64,000 nucleotides of DNA from Plasmodiophora brassicae (Eukaryota), in NCBI GenBank assembly GCA_036867785.1, contig CP145409.1, positions 1,054,001-1,118,000 of the forward strand, read 5' to 3'. The notes beneath the pieces are model-generated. The model was not told where the DNA came from, made no database searches, and saw only the letters and a program-made list of their open reading frames with translations. Below, in pieces: positions 37,673 through 49,860 of the stretch; the first letter of the stretch is position 1, and the number at the start of each line of letters is the position of its first letter. The translations under genes and the position numbers were made by a program.

Positions 37673-39322
37673 ATGGCCGCCGTCGTGGCTGACGCAGATC
37701 CGTGCGCGGTCCGCTGCGGACCTCGTCTGGCGACGATGGCTCTGTCACCGTTGCTGCCGCCGCCTGCCGACGTCGACACGTCGCGGCAGGTGTCCGGGTC
37801 CGACGCGACGTTCCTCCGCAAGGAGATCGCCAAGGTCAAGGGCGAGCTGGCGGCGGTCAACGAGGCGTTGAGCGTGGTCGACCCGTCGCCGTTCGTGCCG
37901 ACGCTGCCGCTGTCCCAGCTGGTCATTCGGAATGCGTCCGAGATCGGGCTCATGTCCGAAGGCGATCTCCTGCAGGAAATGGCGAACGTCAGCGCCGGTA
38001 TTATCGAGTGCCATCGCCGCCTGGATGAACCGCTGCCCGCGTCGTCGCTGCAGGCGGCCATCATTTCGGTCGCCAACGAACTCGAGCGCATTTCCGATCG
38101 CGATCGCCAGCAGGACGGCGAAACCCTCTACTGCCTGTGCCGTCTACCATATTCGTCGAACCGGTCCATGATCCAGTGTGACGTTTGTGATGAGTGGTAC
38201 CATTTGACGTGCGTGGGTCTGTCGCTTCTGGCTGCACCTCCAGCGTCGTACCAGTGTCCGCTGTGCTCTTCGCCTGTCTCGACTGACCGACTGCTCGATG
38301 CCGACGATATCCCCGAGGACGTCACGCAGGCGGAGGTCGACCCGTCGCTGTGTGCCAAAGGGGTCGCCTGGTTGACATCGGAGATCGCCGCGACTGAATC
38401 TGAACTCGGTGACGTGACTGTCGAGGTCGACCTAATCTCTGCCGAGCTCCATGAGATCCACCGTCTGGAAGATGAACGCGCCGCTCGTCTTGCTCGGAAG
38501 CTGGCGAAGGAGGAACGGGTGGCCGCCGGCCTCGAGAAGCCACACAGTAAGAAGCGCAAGAAGAAACGAAGGTTGACCACGGATTCGAGAGCGCCCTTGT
38601 CGCCCGTCGCCGAAGAGCACCAATATGCTCGTCCTGTTGTGCATCACGGTGACCTGGGTACGTACGAGGTCGATCCTGAATGCGTGGTTCCAGATGAGGT
38701 GTCGGGCGAGGAACTAAGCGCGTTGGTCCTGTCGGCGCTGAGCGAGTTTGGGTTCACACAGGCGGCCGTTGCCGCTGAGATCCGTCTGCCGGGAGGTGCG
38801 TCTGCGTTCTCAACTCTTCTGAGAGGGCATCCGGTGCCGACCCGAGAGACAAAGGAAGCGATCCTGAGGAAATGGCTTGCTGTTATTCGCACCAAGGAGC
38901 GGCGTGGCGAACTTCATCGTCTGGAGGCGCCACCGAGCGCTTTGTTCGCCGTGGGGGACATGGTCGAGGCGATGGATGCGACTGGTACCTGGCGACAAGT
39001 GCACGTCATCAAGACGAGCGCGAAGCGCGTCAAGGTGCTGTGGAGTGACGGCGAAGGGAAATCATGGGTTCCGGTTGCCCATGTAGCGCTTCTCGGGACG
39101 CATACCCAGGCGGGTACCAACGGGGCCTCTGACGGTGGAGCCGAACATGCCGCCGACCCGGACAGCAGCGTCCTGTCAAGCTCAGATCACGTTGTTGTTG
39201 ACGCGCCGGCGAACACTATATCCAATTCGCCGGACGGTCCGCTCGATGGCAACGATGGTGGCGACCGGAAACGGCAGCGGCGAGACGATGGCGCATCAAG
39301 GAATACCAGTCGAAGAAGATGA
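37673..39322 (+). CDS. PHD finger, HTH-like and Tudor/Agenet-like chromatin protein
   Basis: YCLCRLPY...MIQCDVCDEWYHLTCV...YQCPLC, NLS KKRKKKRR, TQAAVAAEI..ASAFSTLLRG, FAVGDMVEAMD..W...VKVLWSDG..SWV. Confidence 0.8.
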   Translation: MAAVVADADPCAVRCGPRLATMALSPLLPPPADVDTSRQVSGSDATFLRKEIAKVKGELAAVNEALSVVDPSPFVPTLPLSQLVIRNASEIGLMSEGDLLQEMANVSAGIIECHRRLDEPLPASSLQAAIISVANELERISDRDRQQDGETLYCLCRLPYSSNRSMIQCDVCDEWYHLTCVGLSLLAAPPASYQCPLCSSPVSTDRLLDADDIPEDVTQAEVDPSLCAKGVAWLTSEIAATESELGDVTVEVDLISAELHEIHRLEDERAARLARKLAKEERVAAGLEKPHSKKRKKKRRLTTDSRAPLSPVAEEHQYARPVVHHGDLGTYEVDPECVVPDEVSGEELSALVLSALSEFGFTQAAVAAEIRLPGGASAFSTLLRGHPVPTRETKEAILRKWLAVIRTKERRGELHRLEAPPSALFAVGDMVEAMDATGTWRQVHVIKTSAKRVKVLWSDGEGKSWVPVAHVALLGTHTQAGTNGASDGGAEHAADPDSSVLSSSDHVVVDAPANTISNSPDGPLDGNDGGDRKRQRRDDGASRNTSRRR

Positions 39323-39776
39323 TATTATTGCTAGGGGGCATTAAAACGTGTCATGCCAATTCTGCCAGGCGATCCCGTCGTCACGATGCGTAGTCCGACA
39401 TTGCTCGGGATGAGCCGCCAAGGCTTACCGTGTTGATTGCCATCAGCAGGTTGCGTCTACCGCCGAGAGCAGCAGCAGCAGCTGTGTGCAGGTGAGATCA
39501 CTTCTCTCACGGGAATCTCGATGACGAGGAACGCCCCACGTGAGAATCACGTTGATACGACCCCCAGAGGAACCGTATGCACTGGAGCAGAGCACGTTCT
39601 GTCTTTTCGGTAATGATGCGGACAAGGCGACCCATACGAACACACGTGGAACGTCTATATATTATTTACAAGCGAGCGTTGTTTCTTGGCGGGTGGTGAG
39701 GCGGGAACAGACCTATTGGGCACCAATCAAATCCATCAGTTGCGCAGAGAGGAAACTGGGTCGCCCTCGTGTCAAC

Positions 39777-40139
39777 CTACAGATAGTCGTCAAACACGAG
39801 CCGTGTGCTGAACGTTCGCTTCGTGAAAGACTTGGACAGCGGCCCCCGGGTCAGGACGCCATTCGCAATACGGAAGTCGGCCTGTTCGCTGACGGTCTCC
39901 ATCACGTGTCGGGGCTCGACGCTTGGCGAATCGGCCAGGAAGCAGTGGACAGGTGTCGGCGCGGAGCACAGCACATCAGCGAACCCTCGCTCAAACGGCA
40001 TCGTCATCGGTTCATGGAACGGATCGGTCGAGAAGATCGGGGAAGGCAGCTGCATGATACCCGACGGCGAATCAGGCATTGCAGGCCAATCGCCCGTTGC
40101 TCCCCATGACGACGTGGACGCCTGATCGCCACCAAACAT
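39777..40139 (-). CDS. Hypothetical 120-aa protein
   Basis: ATG ORF downstream of a GC-rich promoter-like tract, with an AT-rich 3' signal near 39660. No family recognised. Confidence 0.35.
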   Translation of the reverse strand: MFGGDQASTSSWGATGDWPAMPDSPSGIMQLPSPIFSTDPFHEPMTMPFERGFADVLCSAPTPVHCFLADSPSVEPRHVMETVSEQADFRIANGVLTRGPLSKSFTKRTFSTRLVFDDYL

Positions 40140-40757
40140 CGTCGTGGGACAAACCGGACGGGTTCTGGACGACGAAGGTCACCTGTGGGCGGAAATATGC
40201 ACGTTACACGACGCTGCCACACACATGTCGAACGTCCCAGACACCTGTTACACGCCGCCGCCCGCACCACAGTCGCGGGTCCTTGCCGACGACAGCGCCG
40301 AGCGTCGGGATCCGATCGCGACTGATTCGCGAGGGGCGGTGCGCGGTTTTCCTGGACGAGGACGCCGCCGCCGGCTCTGGATCTTCCCCCTCGGGTGAAA
40401 TCGTCAGCGCGCGCCTCGCGGGGGGTCCCCCGCCCGCGCGCGATGCTGTTTTGGCGCGCGCGCGCGGCACGCTCGTCGCCCGTCCCGCCGCCCGCGCTCC
40501 GGCCCGCCCCCGGCATTGTTGCACTCGCAGCAATTACGGCCCCCCGAATGTTTATGCCCGAATGGGGCTGCCCGCCCTTCCGGTTTTGTGCAGCATTCGT
40601 CATCCATCCGTGACACTGTCCATTTGCTGCACACACCGGGTGCCAATTTCAGCGACTGCGCGGGGGGTTGGGTTTTTTATGCCTCCGAGGCGGCGCCCTC
40701 CAGCGGTTAACTGCTGTACATGGGTCGTCTGCTTCCCGCACACCCAACGTGGCTCGC

Positions 40758-41756
40758 TTATATTCGAATGATATCGCCTGCTTCGAGGTGATGAAAGGGC
40801 CTTCGGAAGGGCTCCGATTGGGCAGGAGCACGGCCGCGCTTCTTGAAGCAGAACGCGATGTACAGGCCGGCGACCTCAAACTGCTGTTCGGGGATGCGCC
40901 GGCGAGCGTCCAGGACGCGCATGCTCCGCAGCAGATCGGCGAAATCGGGGTGCTTGCTAGCGCTAGAATACGTTGTGAAGAACTGGTGCAGGTTCATGAT
41001 TGAGACGACGTCGAGACCGGCGCTGTCGGCCAACGAGATCAGCGTCCGGACGGGGACGAGCCACTCTCCGCACGAATTGATTGCATCGGTGAGATCGAAG
41101 ACGTACCGATGGCCAAACGGTCCTTGCGACTTCTTCAGCTGGCCGTAGTCAAAGGCCCCGGGGCGGCCGACCGTTACCTGGAAGTAATCATTGCCGAATG
41201 ATGTCGCGGAAGGATCATCGCGATACGCAGCTCGCATGCGATCGACGATGACGTTTGCGTCTGGACAGGTGCCGTAGAAGTGCCCGCCTGGTTTCAGGCG
41301 CCGCGACACGTTCTCTATCATGCGTCGGGCCCGTGCCTCGGTCTCGAACGAATAATGAAGAGAAAACTGGCAGGACACTGCGTCAAACTGGATTGCCTCT
41401 GGGAGAACATCGTCGAGATTTGTCGCGAAGCAGTCCGTTACGACCAGGGTGGCACCAAATCCAGGAGTCGACTGGTTGTACCGTTCAATGGCTTCTTTGG
41501 CAGACGCCAGCGATACATCGCACCCGACGTAATAGCCGATGCGGCGTTTCAGGTATTTGCCCAGGTCGCCGCCCTTGCCGCTGCACAGGTCGAGGACGCA
41601 GTCGCCCTCCGACACGAACATGTTGATCTGGACCGTCTTGATCCAGTTGTTCAGCCGGCGGAGCTGAACGGCATCCGACGCGGACCGCATGTGACGGCCG
41701 TGCTTGGCCAGCGCCGCCGCATCGTAATGGTTGGCGATGTCTTGCGCAGACGACAT
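40758..41756 (-). CDS. RNMT: mRNA cap guanine-N7 methyltransferase
   Basis: IANHYD, LRRLNNWIK, VLDLCSGKGGDLGKY, FDAVSCQFSLHYSFE, LKPGGHFYGT, LYIAFCFKK. Start may extend upstream. Confidence 0.95.
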   Translation of the reverse strand: MSSAQDIANHYDAAALAKHGRHMRSASDAVQLRRLNNWIKTVQINMFVSEGDCVLDLCSGKGGDLGKYLKRRIGYYVGCDVSLASAKEAIERYNQSTPGFGATLVVTDCFATNLDDVLPEAIQFDAVSCQFSLHYSFETEARARRMIENVSRRLKPGGHFYGTCPDANVIVDRMRAAYRDDPSATSFGNDYFQVTVGRPGAFDYGQLKKSQGPFGHRYVFDLTDAINSCGEWLVPVRTLISLADSAGLDVVSIMNLHQFFTTYSSASKHPDFADLLRSMRVLDARRRIPEQQFEVAGLYIAFCFKKRGRAPAQSEPFRRPFHHLEAGDIIRI

Positions 41757-41979
41757 CGACGACTGCACCTGATTGGAAAAAGTCCGACCTGCCCAAACGG
41801 CCATCAGGACAACTGGACACGACCACGTTCTGCCGACGCGTTCGAAAACCTTACGCTGTAGATCATCCACCGGGTTTCGTTCGACTGGGGTAGGTGGCCG
41901 GGGAGATTGGTTCCGTTAATCTGGGCCCGACAAGGGTTGCGCGTGCAATCTGCGGCGCCGTCAGGTCAGATGGCGTCCG

Positions 41980-42403
41980 ATGGGTAATTCCGGCTCGTCG
42001 TCCGCGGCTGACGCTCTGCCGGGCAGGCAGGAATCGGGAACGTTGGATGGCGTCGGGAAGAGTATCGCATCAGGGTTCAACCGGATCGCATCGGCGATCT
42101 CCGGTACGCTGGCCGGGGAACCGACCCCGTCTTCGCCCCGAGGGTTCGGTGCCATCGACATGCGTGCGTGTTGCGCTTCAACTGATTCGCGCGTTGGTTG
42201 CTAGGCATCGGAAGCGAAAACGTCGAAAGCAGAAATTCGTGGACAAGGTCATGCAGGATGATCCACTGAAGCAGAGCAAGAACCAAGGCATCCCCGACAC
42301 ACACGTCATGGACAGCGACGGCGACATGGCGGACGAGTTCTATATGGTCGACCCAGTCGACAACAAATGCAGGCGCAAGAACCTCAGAAGGACCATACGA
42401 TAA
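41980..42403 (+). CDS. TUSC2/FUS1-like small myristoylated protein (120 aa, 2 exons)
   Basis: MGNSGSS N-terminus. Intron 42144-42204 (GTTCGG...TAG) joins in frame. DSDGDMADEFY...LRR resembles TUSC2 DEDGDLAHEFY. Confidence 0.65.
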
Positions 42404-42425
42404 TCAATACATCATCGCTTCAATG

Positions 42426-44484
42426 CTATCTCTTTATCTTTGAGGCAATACTTTGGACCCATGAACCCATGCGCGGGTTCTGGTACCGCTCCGCTTGGAC
42501 GGCCAGTAAGCGCAGGCATCGATCAACTTCGGGAGACGACTTTCTGAGCTCATTGGCGATACCGTCCATCTATACCGGGCAGACGGGCGATTAGTTCGTT
42601 CTAGCGTTAACATACGACATTGACAATGCGCACCTTCGTCTTGTAGTCTGGATCGCACTCCGACATTGTTAACAGCGTCGTGAACGACCAGAACACGTCG
42701 CTCATCTCCCAGTACCCCTTCATATCTTGCACGACCGAAGGCGTCCGTTTTGTCTTCGCCGGAGACGGAGGCATGACTCGAATGACAACAGTCTCCCGTT
42801 GACGGTTGGTCACGAACGCCTCTTCAGACACGTCGGCTTCGTCGACGGAAAATTCAGCAAACCTGTTCGCCCGTGGGGCCCGCTTGAAGCGATTCCCGAA
42901 ATTGACAACCCGGGTGCTGCTTTCATCGTCGGACAGGGGATCGCGAGGAATCGGCTTTGACAGGAGCGCCTGCTGGTAATTCCCCATCTGGGATAGCGGG
43001 ACGCACGGGCCCTCTGCAGTGGCGAACTTTGACTTTGTCTGTTTCTTCGGCAGCGGAAGGATGCCATCGGCTTTCAGCGGCCGCCCGCCAGAATCAACCG
43101 TTGTAATGGCTCGCGACTCGTCCGATTGCGACCACTGAGCTAGCCGCATGATCTGCGACCGGACGGCCTGCGACAGCGCCCCCGACGCATCGCCAATGAG
43201 CTCATTCATAACCTGGGCCAGGTCCGTCCTCGCGAAGGCGCTCCGCAACGCTGGCAGGTAGTAGAACGGCAGCTTGCCGATTTGAATTCGCCATGTATCG
43301 AGCTACGGGCCACAATCAGAGTGGCACGGTCGAGAAGAGGCATGAACAGACACAAACCTGCTGAAGCGTCAACGACGAAATGTGGGCGGAATCTTGCACA
43401 AGGCGAACGAGACGGGGGAAATTGTACGGCAGGACGACAAGCGCGCTGAATGTGACCAGTCCAAACGGCTGAGGACCGCGATTAGCACTGCTCGATCCGG
43501 TCGGCACGATACGTGACTGACCCTGCCGTCGGAACCATTGCCAAGACTGTTGACGGCATGCAGGACCGACTGTGACGCATCTCCTTCGGGGACCACGGCA
43601 GGTGGCAGCTGTCCGCCTTCCACGTCGTACTTGTCGTATGGGACGCCAATCGTCGCCAGGTCCACCGGGGACGACAACGGCTTGTAGGTGAACACCGGGA
43701 TCGCGTTCGTCGTCGGTATCTCGGCCATGTCCGCCTCGGGAAGATACGATAATGGTATCGGCCAGTTGCCCTTGTCCTGAACGATGGCGAGCGCGACAGC
43801 AGCGGATCGCTTCGGGTCCGCTGCCGACGTCAACCTGACGACGACGCTCGGGGCGATCCGCGCCGCCAGGCCTTCCATCACCTGGATGGCGCTGCGAACG
43901 GTCGACGCTGGTTTGAACGACCCGCACGTCTGCGAGCAGAGATCCACCAAGGCTTGTGGTGGTTGCGATAGACGCGACGATAGATGCACGACGTGGACGC
44001 GGTGGTCCCAGCGGTACATCTCGTTGACAAGAGCAGCGGATGGCGGTGGAGGTGGTCGTCGAAGCTTTGCGAATGTGTCTGGGATATCGCGACCGCCGTC
44101 GGTCAGCATGATGAAGGCTGAAGGGTCGATGAACCAGGGGACGCGTCCTTGGCAGTAATTCTCGATCTGCACGGGGCGCTGCCGGTTGACGATGTCGAAG
44201 GCAGCGGCGACGGCGGCGCTGAAGTCGGCAATGCTACCGACGCGTGTCATCTTGAGTGCCTCGAGGAACGCGGCTGAATCCGATCCCGCATGGCCGGCCT
44301 GAACGCCCTGGCAGGTGACGAGAATGTAGTGGTCGTTGCGGGCGGCCGGGATGCGCGACCGTACCGACACGAACTGCTCGACCGCGTTCTTGGCGGCGTC
44401 CAGCAGCGTCATCGACCCGCCCGTCGACGGCCCGATCGGGCACAGCATCGACGCCGACGTGTCCAGGACGATGCAGATGCGCAT
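42426..44484 (-). CDS. INTS6: Integrator subunit 6-like VWA protein (multi-exon)
   Basis: IVLDTSASM, LLDAAKNAVEQF, ENYCQGRVPWFIDPS..LTDG, YRWDHR, GNWPIP, PLSQMGNYQ, FGNRFK, VDEAD. Confidence 0.88.
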
Positions 44485-45010
44485 CGCGACACAACGCGCC
44501 GCGCGCTGCAGCCGCGGGACTCCGCGCGCTCAGTCCCCCCGCTATCGCCCCCCCAGCTCATGACGGTTCATAGGTAGTAGAATTGTGTTCATTTTACGAG
44601 TACTACAACTGCTACTACTTGTACTACCCGTGTAGACCGGTCAGCGGGACCCTGCCAGCATGCTTCACGGTAGGTGCTGCTAAATGCGTTTCCGCGCCTG
44701 TGTTGGTAGGTAACTGCCGGAACGCGAGAGCTGCACTGGTCGAAGGAAATCGCAAGGTCCACCAAAGTTAACGTGGACCATGCGATGGTCATCCATTCCG
44801 ACAGCCAGGGTGGCATCTCAAATCTCAATGGCAACACCAAGCGCCGACTTGCGTGGGCGGTCCAAAGATGGGGCCCAAATACGGACCCGTTGTTGAACCG
44901 CGAACCGCCCCGACTCGCACGGACAAGGGGCACCTCGTCGACCCCGTGCCTCTCTGTTTGTACGGTTGCATTCAGGCGCGCCCGATCGGCCGATATCTAG
45001 CGGGACGCTG

Positions 45011-46253
45011 ATGACGTTGCCATCCATGCAGACAGCGGTGGTGGGTTCTTCGCGAAGCCCAGTCACAATCGCGTACAATGTCGTCGGGGACGACAACGAC
45101 GCGACCAAGGCCAGAGTGTTGCTGATCATGGGGCTGGGCACACCGGGCGTCATGTGGCAGACCACTGCCGAACACCTTGCTGCCAATGGGTTCTGCTGCG
45201 TATTCTACGACAACCGCGGTCCGTCTCGATTTCGTAACCGTTCGCTGACACGCTCTAATCGGAGGTCTGTCCAGGAGTCGGTCATTCGTCATGCCCGATG
45301 TTAGGATACAGTATCAGGGCGATGGCTGAGGATGCGCTGGGCCTTGTGCGCCACCTGAAATGGGACGATGGCAAGGTGCCGCTTGTGGCCGCCGGGATCA
45401 GCATGGGTACGTTGCGTGTCACAACCGCACGCTGGCCGACTCTGGGTGACGACTGTCTTCCGTGCAGGCGGGATGATTCTTCAGGAACTTCTGCTGCTTG
45501 CGCCGCCCTCCACATTTGCTGCTGCTGCATTCGTCAGCACTCATGCAGGGATGACGGTGCCACCGGTCGGTTTCAGTATCGTTCCGGTTGCTGCATCACG
45601 AATAACGTCGCCTGTGATACAGGTCACCACTGTGTATAAAGTCCTGCAGTTGGTCATGCGGCGACGACCAATATCTCCCGAAGAGCACACCGCCGGTTTC
45701 ATGTCTTTGCTGTTCACCCAGGAATGGCTGCAATCACCTTCCAGACACGACTCGACCATAACCAATCTGGAGTTTACGACTCCGATCTTTACGGAGATGA
45801 TCGCGTCGAGGCCCCCGCAGGCGCTCGCAGGTGCAATGGGACACATCACGGCCGTCACAACACATTTCTTCCCATGGTACAAGCTGCAGAAGCTCAAGGC
45901 TCTTGATATCCCGTACCTCGTGATGACTGGGTCACATGACACCGTAAGTTGCTTGCAGAGTCGAATCGAACAGCTGTGTTCAGTTAACCATTTTCCATCG
46001 CCGGCAGTTGGTGCGACCTTCAAACTCGCATTACATAGCGAAGCACCTGGGCGCTCCACTGGAAGTGTTCGATCAGGTTATTGTATCCCAGTTCCGCTTC
46101 TGCTGCGCGTTTCTCACTTCTGATCAGGCTGGACACTCGATTGAGGTCGAAGACCCGGAACGATACTACTCCCTGTTGGTCGACTTGTTTTCAAGAGGTT
46201 TTGAGCGATGGAAATCGTTTGAATGTGCCGACGATCCCGCACATAGTGCATAA
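45011..46253 (+). CDS. Alpha/beta hydrolase (multi-exon)
   Basis: LLIMGLG, FYDNRG, nucleophile elbow GISMG|GMI, VMTGSHD, AGHSI. Confidence 0.85.
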
Positions 46254-46304
46254 TGCTGTATTTCAGGCAAAGAGTGATAAACTGATAATCAGTCGACCCG
46301 CAGT

Positions 46305-47869
46305 TTATAACACCAACAGGACAGCGGTGACGACCAGGATGAGTGCGCCAGTGACGATGATGGTTTCGGCGGGCGCTTCGCTGACTACGGGGCCGAACAG
46401 GCAGTTCAGGACGTCAGTGCAGACTGGGTCCGGTGCTACAACAGGCCCGAGGCGATTACTATGACGCTCGCTAATCCGACACGGTCGCCATTCTACCTTT
46501 CGTCGGTGGCGGACGCTTAGAGACGACGGCTGGTGGGCCGTTCTTTGCAGCACTGTGACACAGTACACGCGCTCAGAGATGGCATACGTGCACCAGCTAG
46601 GTCCTATTCACCATGACACAGACATATCGCTGAACACGACGAATGGAGGCTCTTCGGGGTCCCATGCGGAGTAATTCGTGAAGCCGGCCCAGTCCCTGTC
46701 CAGGTCTGTCAGTTCACGCATGAAGCAACATCTCGTGGACCGTCGCGATACAACATACGATGCAAGAGGCGTCTGCCAGATGCCGAACGATATGCGCGAC
46801 GGATCAGACGGGAAGTTCCCATCGCCCGGATTGTGAACACGGTAGTACTCGACACCATTGACCAGCCAAATGATCCGGTCTTCGTTCCAGTCGATCTGCG
46901 GGTATCGTCAGCGTATTCGCAAACGGTGAAGCATCGTATACCGTGTGTGTGAGGAGATTCAGTGCCGTATCGTAAGGGACTGTGACCAGGCGACCGTGCG
47001 CTGACGCTCCTGTACGATACACACGAATCGATCAGCGACCAGCGATCCATTGGGCCCAGAGGTCAAACATCCAACCGTCTCTATTCTTGACGAGCATGGC
47101 ATGCCAATACCTGTTGGACAATCAGCCGGCGTGCAACGGCAATAGGCGTGCGAGCACCGACCAGTTGTACTGAATATTGTAACGATCAGCGCCCACGATT
47201 TCAATGTCAATCTCGTCTTCCGTGTTGCTCATTGTTATGAAACTGGTCACCACTCCGTCGACTCCCGACTGATTGAACGTGGCGCTGACAACGCCCTGTA
47301 CACCACGTCGCATAAGGCAGTGACGTCAGCGTAGCAGGGCGCGCACACGTACGTAATGGAGGAATCGCGCCGTCGAAACAACCGTCCCCGTGGAAGCCTC
47401 CTCGAGATTCTTAGGGTACTTCATCTACGATAACCGGCGAGATCACAACGCGAACATCGTATCGCCGGATATGTGCTTACGGGAATCTTCAACTGCCCAT
47501 CGACAATAGTCGGGTCACCGCCCTCGATGACGAACTGGGCTGACGCAGATGGCACCGGTTTCTCAGCGTAATCGTGGAACCAGACCGCCTATGGCGCAGC
47601 ACGGGTCAACAGACGCATCGGTGAACCGAAGCACAGGCGTCGACCTCGTTGTCGAAATTGACGAAGTCGGTGGCCCAGTTGCAGAACTCGCCGTCAAACA
47701 GGCACTTTGACGGATCCTTGTTATCGGGCGCTGTACAAAGGCAGCACAGCACGTCAGCGGCGGCGGGAGGCGAGAGACATTCCCACTGACTCTGGCAAGG
47801 GATCCAGGGCAACTGCGCACGGGTGACCTCGACCACGACCGCGAAGCACACCAGCAATCGGACGCACAT
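46305..47869 (-). CDS. GH16 glycosidase/transglycosylase, Crh/Utr2-like, secreted with a hydrophobic C-terminus (GPI/TM)
   Basis: Signal MCVRLLVCFAVVVEVTRA, Cys-rich N-terminal segment, GVVTSFITMSNTEDEIDIEIVG (EIDIE motif), terminal IIVTGALILVVTAVLLVL*. Many small exons. Confidence 0.78.
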
Positions 47870-48542
47870 AGGTGATGAAATGATCGCAGCCTTGCTCGGA
47901 CGTTGAGGTGACCCCTTTGAATTAACCACATATTCAGTCATAGTGGCCGAAATACAGAGGGCACCGATACGTCGAAGTGCTGTAAAGGGAGACACACGCA
48001 CGACGTCGGATGCGATACGCCATCGTGCATCGACGGTAGGGCAGCATACGTCAGCGAACGACTGAAATGCAGTGCTACAAGACTGGTCACAACCCGACTA
48101 TGATCTTGAACAGGTACAGAAGGTCGAGCAAAGGACAACAGGGAAATCGGGAGCCTAACATTCCTGATATCGTTCGACATTTTCGACCACCACTACGCTT
48201 TGCAATGAGGGGGCCACGATGACAATATCACAGGGACGCGATTTGAACAGCAGGGCACAGTTGAAAATGGAAGATGTTTAGCATGTGGGTCTACAGAACT
48301 CATATGGGACGCGTATACAATGTTTCGAAACAATAACGGCGTCGCAACGTGATTACTCAAGCAATGGCTTTTCTACGATTGCTCGTTAATTGGACATGGG
48401 TGGTGAACGGGAATGGTGGTACCATATAAAGTGAGTCTTCGTCGCGAAAGAAGGAAAGGACGCGGTGCTAACACAGATCAGTCAGTTTTGTGATCACTCT
48501 TAAAGGCGAACAGGAAACTGACCAGGTCGGAAGGCATGCGTC

Positions 48543-49860
48543 CTAACGACCTTTGGTAGCTGGTACATCCCCATCAGGCAAACTGCGTCTCGCGTTGGCA
48601 ACAACTGCCTCACGATCGCCCATCCTGCGAGGAAAGTTACACCCACCCAGAGCATGTCAGAAAATGCACCTACTTGAGAGCTTCCACAGCTATTTCTCGA
48701 CGCCGAACCGCCTTGACGTTCCCCGGTCGATGGTGCAAGACTGTGTCAAGTATGCCAATGGCCTAACACTAGACGTTAGATTCAACCCTTGTAGTGCGAT
48801 GGTGCAATATGACCTCCTGATACCGGCCGATTCGTGTCCATGCCAGAGCTTGATTCAACCAGCAGGTAACACGTGCGTCCATAAGCAGTTCCTCTTCTTC
48901 AGGCGTTGCCAGGAGGTCTTCCTCCAGGTACTTCAGCGCCTTGTCATACTTCCGCAAACTCAATTCGAACTCCCCTTTCCAGAACAGGTCATTGCCAAGT
49001 TGACGAACGGCATGCGAAATCTCCATTTTATCACTGATCTGAACGTGAAGCAAATTAGAGCAGAAAGTCACACAATTGTAATTCCAAGCTTTCGGTGGCG
49101 TACTTCAAGCACTTCTGGATGGTCTTCAGGGAACCCAGGATACGGGTCAAGCGGGTCTACTGGCGCTGACCAATCAACCTTGCACTGGCCACAATGGGCA
49201 ATGCGAACTTCGTAGATTGGGCGCTCGTTCGGCAGCGTTTCCATACGTTCAATCACCCGCAGTACATCCTGAAGCGAATCAGATCACATGAATTTGCAAC
49301 GTCGTTCGCGTATAAGGATAACTGTTCACCATTCCGTGTGCAACCCGTCCGAATACAATTGTCTGGCTGGTCAAATGGCTAGCAGCAACGAGTGTGTCAG
49401 CGCATCATATCCAAGGGGCAGTGTTCGCCATCGGTTACGCTGCTGGTGCCATGGAGATGAAGAACTGGCAAGTGTTCGTGTTCGGTTTCCCAAGCGTCGC
49501 CGTACATAACAAGCCGGCACGATCGACCTCGATCCGTTCCGGGTCATCATCGAAAATGTCAGTACCATAAATGGACCATGCCCCGCGCCCATCGCCATTG
49601 ACAATGTCGCCACCGCCTATCAACAGTCCTCTAACAACGCGGTGCAGGCGCGTCCCGCGGTACGACTGTTCGCCGTCGTCAACACACAGTCGTCGGAAAT
49701 TCTACATTCCAATGAGCAATGTTTGTTCTTCGTTTCAATCCGCGCGAGCACGCACCTCGCTAGCGAGCGGCGTACGGTCCGTGAACAGCTCGAACACGAC
49801 GCGGCCAAGCGACGCGCCGGGCAGGTCGCTGGCGAGCTCGACGAAGACGTGCGTCGACAT
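48543..49860 (-). CDS. Cyclophilin-TPR protein (CyP40/PPID-like)
   Basis: GRVVFELFTDRTPLASE|NFRRLC, GGDIVNGDGRGAWSIYG, NTNTCQFFIS, then TPR RQLGNDLFWKGEF..KYDKALKYL and CWLNQALAW. Confidence 0.82.

Noticed and set aside
40200-40700. Extremely GC-rich tract with CGCG runs and several overlapping ORFs
   Set aside because: ORFs are Arg/Ala/Pro-rich artefacts and no recognisable RNA family is present; most likely promoter or UTR.
44570-44640. TACTAC/GTAGTAG short repeats in the INTS6-hydrolase intergenic region
   Set aside because: Too short and irregular to distinguish from low-complexity sequence.
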